Assembly (NCBI GenBank): GCA_977862235.1
Contig: OZ374566.1
Coordinates: 992,001 to 1,056,000 of the forward strand
Length of the DNA stretch: 64,000 nt
Direction: 5' to 3'
Origin: Dudresnaya verticillata
Taxonomy: Eukaryota
In this document: positions 58,101 to 64,000 of the stretch, piece after piece
Layout of the letters: each line of letters starts with the position of its first letter
Numbering within the stretch: the first letter of the stretch is position 1
Program-made: the position numbers and the translations under genes
Notes under the pieces: model-generated
Database searches by the model: none
The model's input: only the letters and a program-made list of their open reading frames with translations
What the model was told of the DNA's origin: nothing

Positions 58101-61100
58101 ATTTGCTCCAAGTTGGCATTTCGAGGCTGCGTTGAAAATAATTTACCAGAAAACAGGAAATAGGCGTTACGAAGAGCGCCGTGGGTCAGCGCGGCGTGTG
58201 GGCATATCAGGACTCTGCTGAGCAGTCCTCCCTCCCTCCCTCGTCTCACCTTCGATCGACATCCATCGGCACGCGCCCCCCGGCTCTGTTTTCGGTTTAT
58301 TGCTTCTCGCTCATGGTGCCTTTTATGTTGGGTAATTTTGCTGTAGTGTTAAGTGAACGCTTTGACGAGATGGCTACCCAATTACAAAAGTCAAGCAAGT
58401 GTATCATTATTTCTACCGCTGTACTTTTATGCTGAGCAAAATATGTCATCCTCTCTTCAAGTCGAACTTTCGCTCGGCTTCGGATAAATCGTATCTCAAA
58501 TTAATGCTGCCAAAAGCTGCAATGAAGCTATAGCAATATTTCATCTATCGCTCGGAGCGCTACAGTTGTTGCCGTACTCAACTAAACGTGACATCTTTAC
58601 GGAAATACTTCTACCAAGCGGCACTGCTGATTGCTACAGTTCTACCCTTCAGAATAGTTTGTTATGGCTGTAAACCAGCCTTGCTACAATGGATAATTAG
58701 GTCAACAGGACAGCTAAAGAACCTGGAAAATGGTTTTCTCACTTCGAGGCCCGCGCCTGTTTTCTATGTTTCCGAAAGCACAAAGGAATCGTAGCAACTG
58801 ATTTCGCCAATAGGCCTCGACCTCTTTGCTAAATTGGATGACAGCCTTTGTGCTCTTTTAGTCCCTCTATTTTTATTTCTTTGAGTTATTGTTAACACTA
58901 TTCCTTAGGCGTTCACTTGTGGAGCACGTTCTACATCATCTAGTTTTATAGAATTATGATATTACTTTAAAGTTGTGGATGTAATCTTGAGCCGCTTCTT
59001 TACAGCTAGAGTCATACCGATCCGTTACTGTTGCAGTTGAAATTACTAAAGACCTTCAAATTAAGCGAGTAATGCGTGTTGACCTGACTCACTTGAAGAA
59101 TGGGAAATGGACCATTGGAAAGACACATTGCTTATTGCGACAATTCGGGAAAGCCGATTAGTCCTGTCTAAACTACATGCCTATTGAAATAGAAAACAGT
59201 AGCCAAACTCCTTCTCAAAGAGCTATTCTAATTAGCAATAAGACACTGTATTGGTGATGCGTTCCGTCTTAAGCGTGGAACAGGCGTTGCTCAGCAGATA
59301 CTGCAGTGAACCCCCGAGAGAACAATCCAAAGCTCTAGCATATTATCTGACACCCCAGCCCATTCATTGCCTAGTGTCTATCACAGTTCACGTCTTTTCA
59401 TGCCTTACTTGATGTTATCTATTTCCTCTTCTACACCGAGTGCGTAATCGCGGAATAATGGTTACAGCAACGCTTCTAGATTTATATTTTACCCTGGGAT
59501 GAAACCTGCGACGCTGCTGCTAGAGTTGTTGTTGCAACAGTATAATTTGTACCCGCACAGTTGCAATCCTTCCTTCCTGGACGTTGGAATAGATAAGAAG
59601 GGCTCGAATCCAACTGTAGCTTGCTATGCTTGCAGGCGTTGTGCTAGGAATGAGAACAGAAGTGTTGAATAGGGCGTTTTGAAACACGGTGGAAAGTTCT
59701 GATGGAACCTCATGAGGGGGGCTGAAACTGTGCATACATAAATCTTCCGTGAGACAACCATGTTTTCGGAGCATTTGTGGCCATTAGAGAGAGGAAGCCT
59801 CCTCCTCTCTCTGGTGTCCACGAATAAGGAATATTAATCGCGGAGGTTCTTTGGTAGAGAATATTTCCAGTGAAAAGACATTGACGGGAGACGGATAAGA
59901 TGCGGGTCTGCCACTCCAATCCTTATAGGAGCAAACCGTTATGAGAGATATAGTATATCTATGATGCATAGGCTGTTGCACCCTTGAACAGGAGGTCTGC
60001 TACATCATTTGTTGTTCGCAAGTCCTTGGGCACACATTTGAACAACCTCTCTCACAAGACAGTGACTTTAGGGCCTGGTCTAGTGTTCAGGAAATGATTG
60101 GCCTTTAAATCGCCCGCGCAACTGTGCACGTTAAAGCTCAATAAAAGTGCAACACCACAGGAAATGAGTTTCAAGAGCAGTAGACATCTACAGGTAGTAA
60201 AAAGCTGTGGTAGACGTTACGGCATACTGGCTGACTCTTTCTGCGGACAGTAGCCCACTGGCATTGAGAATGATGTTCGCAGCTACCGTGAAGCTTGCCC
60301 ATCTACAATGTGTACCTCATAGCTGCTCTCGACTAGACTTCTAGCACTTTCCAGGACACCATAACTGTGTGCGAGCATCGTATACTCATTTCACGCAAAC
60401 AACCTGTTCTGCTGTATGACAATATTAACGTCCATTTGTTTCCTATTTTATCTTACCTGTAGCAATACATGTACAATGAGGTCCTCCATTTGAGGGTATC
60501 GCCGTACAAAGAAACAGACCCGAACGCTCCTAATCCTACGAAAGACTCCGCACAACACGGTTGAACGTGCAAAACCCTAGTGACCCAAAGCTTTACATCT
60601 CTGTAAGGGTACATTCTCCCTGCACGTGAACAAATAGACAACGGACAGTAAGAGCCATTCATTGCCTCAGCAATAACAGATCAGAGAAAAGATTGGTGGT
60701 GAGTATTCATCATCTTGATAAAGGAAGGAACAAGTTCTAAAGCAGAAAGCCATGCAAGATCACTCCAGTGCCGACCTGAGTTTACGAAGTGGAAGCCAGT
60801 CTACCTGAAGATCTATTATTAAGAGAATGGAACTAAGGGTATTGTTATTAGCTACACTGTATGGTGAAGTAGAGGACAACATTAAATCTTGTCACATATA
60901 AGAGCAATGCTCCTCCGTCCATGCATCCTCTCTTTCTGCTGAGACTACAAATACACCGACACTTTACTACTTACACCCATTTTGCCCGAACCGGCTACTG
61001 ATGTGGGGCAGGCGGGGTTCAAATATTGTAAAATGCCTTGAGAGGGCATGTGCGCTGAGAATGTCTCGACCTCACGTTGCCTTCCCATCAACCCATTGGA

Positions 61101-61885
61101 GAGGAGCGGCAACTCCTAACTTTAGGGCTGGACATTATTGCTTGAGATGTCGTTCCTGTTGCTGCTTCTGGCAAGATATAAAACCTGCATCTGCTACCAT
61201 AGGCCCGCACCCTCTCGCATCCCCAATCACCAATTTGGGAGACCGGATGGAGGCGTTTTGCTGCAAGAGTCTGTTGGGCACCCGTTCCCGCTCTCGATTT
61301 TGCAGCATTATCCAGGTTCCGCCTTCATGTCAGACGGACGTGTGGGTCACAGAAAACCACCGCTATCACAAAGACCGTAGGGCACCGTACTCTCTCTAAC
61401 AGAATGATTCACCAAACTGTAAGGCTTGCATCCAGTGCAGAATGTCTACAGACATGCCAGTTGGTTTTTTCTTTAACAATCCAACATTCCTCTGGCACGG
61501 GGTCACTTCATCCAAAATTGCATATGTCTGACCAGAGCAGCAAGGAAATGTAGCCTACACCTCTATAAAAGGGGCTTTGGCTCAAACTCGAATGACCGTA
61601 CGTTTGGATGGCGACGGCGTTAGCACCTATTATCTTAAGAGAGCACATATCTCAAATTGTTCTTTCGTGAGCAATCTGCCGGTGATAACAATCCCCAAAG
61701 ATCTCACTATTGCTGACAAACGGATACCAGCATTCCATCCTAGCTGCCTTCACGAATACGACCCCCATTTCTGTTTTTCAGATGCTGAAGTAAAGCACCA
61801 AGCGTAGGACCAGACTTCTCGAAAATTTTCAACCTCTGGGTCGGGGCATTGTGACCATCGTGGTTTAACGACGTGGATTTCCGTC

Positions 61886-64000
61886 ATGAAGGAAGTATCA
61901 GAACGCGACTCCCTCCAACATCTCAATGCAGAAGTGGTTGGTTCTTCAGCTTCATCAAGTGACTCTCTTTCCTCGCTAAGTGGGACCCCGCCATTGGCTC
62001 GTTTAGTTCATTCGGATGATGAGGGTCATCCAAGAAAGCAGACGAAGTACTCTAAAACGGGACATCAAGCTCTATCGAATCTTTGCATCAATACAGTTCG
62101 TTTTCTTTGCGTCGACGCCATTAACAAGGCCAATAGCGGACACCCAGGTATATGTATGGGTATGGCTGCGACTGCGTTTGTGCTTTTCGATAATCATCTC
62201 CTTTTCAACCCAAGAAACCCCACTTGGCCCAACCGGGACCGGTTCGTTCTCTCAGCTGGCCACGGATCAATGCTCCTCTATGCACTGCTACACATGTTTG
62301 GATATCAGTCAATATCCCTCGACGATGTGAAGAGTTTTCGAAAGCTTGGATCTAGAACGCCAGGCCATCCTGAATGCACCCAAACTCCAGGGGTAGAGGT
62401 GTGCACCGGTCCGCTTGGTCAGGGAATAAGCAATGCTGTGGGGATTGCAATTTCTGAACAACACATGGCAGCGGTCTACAACCGACTAGGACATCAGGTT
62501 GTAGACAACCATACGTACTGCATTGCTGGAGATGGGTGTATGATGGAGGGAATGGCGGCAGAAGCCTGCTCATTAGCAGGACATCTTCAGCTTGGGAAGC
62601 TGATCGTGTTGTACGACGACAACCACATATCAATTGACGGGTCCACTGACCTGACCTTTACAGAAGACGTGTCCATGAGAATGAAGTCTTACGGATGGCA
62701 GGTCCTTCATGTGGAGGACGGGAACACTGACCTCTCGGGTATTGATGATGCTATTCGCGAAGCGAAAGCATGTGTTGACAAGCCTTCATTGATAAAGATC
62801 ACGACGACTATTGGCTATGGGTCCCCAAATCGTGCAAATAGTGCTACAGTGCATGGTAGTGCTCTCGGTGAGGACGAAACGAAAGCTGGAAGGATAGCAT
62901 TAGGCTACGAATATGAACCTTTTGAAATTCCGCCACAGGTACTGGAGCACTGCAGGAGAAAAACGCTTATGGGAGCGTTGCTTGAAAACTCTTGGCATGA
63001 AGGCTTGGAACAATATAGAAATTCCTTTCCGGAGCAGGCAAGAAAATTCCAAGAGCAGGTGATGCACGGGGTCATATGGCCAGGTGTGGAGGAAGAACTG
63101 CAGAGGGTAACTATCTCAACTAGTAACAAGACTCAGGCAACTAGAAAGCATTCAAGCACAATGCTGAACTCGATCGCATCAAATATGTCAAGCCTCATTG
63201 GCGGAGCTGCAGACACCTCTCCATCGACGCTCACCGATATAGCGTGCTCCAAAGATTTCACAGCTTCGAATCGGATGGGAAGAAATATTCGCTTTGGAGT
63301 GCGTGAGCACGCTATGGCCGCTATATGCAACGGAATCTCGCTTGCTGGCTATAACCTTCGCCCATTTTGTTCAACTTTCTTCGTCTTTTCTGGTAGGTTT
63401 GGTTTGAAACACGTCCTTTTCCTGCGACTGCGGATCATACTACAAATACGTGTTATGTTGACAGCTGTAGTTCTAACAACGCTGTTGAATAATTAATCAT
63501 ATGCATGTGTTCCCTGAAGACTACATGCGGGCGGCTATGCGAATGGCCTCCTTGAGTCAAACAGGTACCATTTTCATCACAACTCACGATTCAGTTGGTC
63601 TCGGTGAGGATGGGCCTTCTCACCAGCCGATAGAACACCTGGCATCTTTCCGCGCGATGCCAAACCACGATGTATGGCGTCCTGCTGATGCTGTGGAAAC
63701 GGGGGCTGCGTACTCAATGGCACTGGCGGCCCGCACAAGGCCTACAACGCTTGTCCTTTCTCGGCAATCCACCCCGGCGTTAGAATGCACTGCGTACGAA
63801 AACGCCAAGCGCGGGGGATATGTGGTTGCAGACGAGAGCGAGGGGCCCTGTTCTCCAGATGGTGTGATCGTCGCGACCGGGACTGAAGTTTCTGTGGCTG
63901 TAGACGCAGCTCGGCAGCTGTGTGGGGAGCACGGGCTTTGCGCGCGAGTTGTCTCTCTGCCGTGCTGGGAGGAGTTTGAAAGACAGACCAAGGATTTCAA
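61886..64000 (+). CDS. TKT: Transketolase, partial (3' end beyond window); join(61886..63392,63520..>64000)
   Basis: Motifs NSGHPG, NRDRFVLSAGHGSML, TPGHPE, TGPLGQG, GDGCMMEG and FGVREHAM. An intron (gtaggt...ctaac...aag) restores FFVFSDYMR, followed by THDSVGLGEDGPSHQPIEH. Confidence 0.95.

Noticed and set aside
57700..61800. Coding or TE content in the AT-richer stretch before transketolase
   Set aside because: Only short ORFs with no recognisable motifs or terminal repeats. It may be decayed TE sequence, but I cannot support that.

Overview
Eukaryotic nuclear DNA, most likely from a florideophyte-type red alga. This is inferred from few short GT-AG introns with CTRAC-type branch points, an MAFV-type plastid transit peptide on ribosomal protein S1, an animal-type Na+/K+-ATPase, an animal/fungal-type glutamate-cysteine ligase, and an EF-hand-less NADPH oxidase with extra membrane helices. 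A gene-dense block at about 16.3-52.1 kb holds agmatine deiminase, GCL, PET117, an NhaD antiporter, a mitochondrial carrier, NUFIP1, Wss1, an SDR, Nox, plastid S1, an alpha/beta hydrolase, an 876-aa orphan, ThiD, SPOUT1, Nup58 and the Na/K-ATPase. Gene-poor stretches flank it (7-16 kb and 52-62 kb). A 5-exon C2H2 zinc-finger gene missed by the ORF track lies at 4-5.3 kb, and a transketolase runs off the right end. The strongest leads are: (1) a tail-anchored orphan protein with strictly alternating RVxF and RxxTPF motifs; (2) a zinc-finger gene made of symmetric phase-2 exons, including a 21-nt microexon; (3) a ~175-aa Cys-containing M7-M8 loop in the Na/K-ATPase; (4) a tRNA-Arg-derived SINE-like element; (5) a Cys-nucleophile alpha/beta hydrolase. 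All calls come from reading the sequence by eye; no database searches were run.
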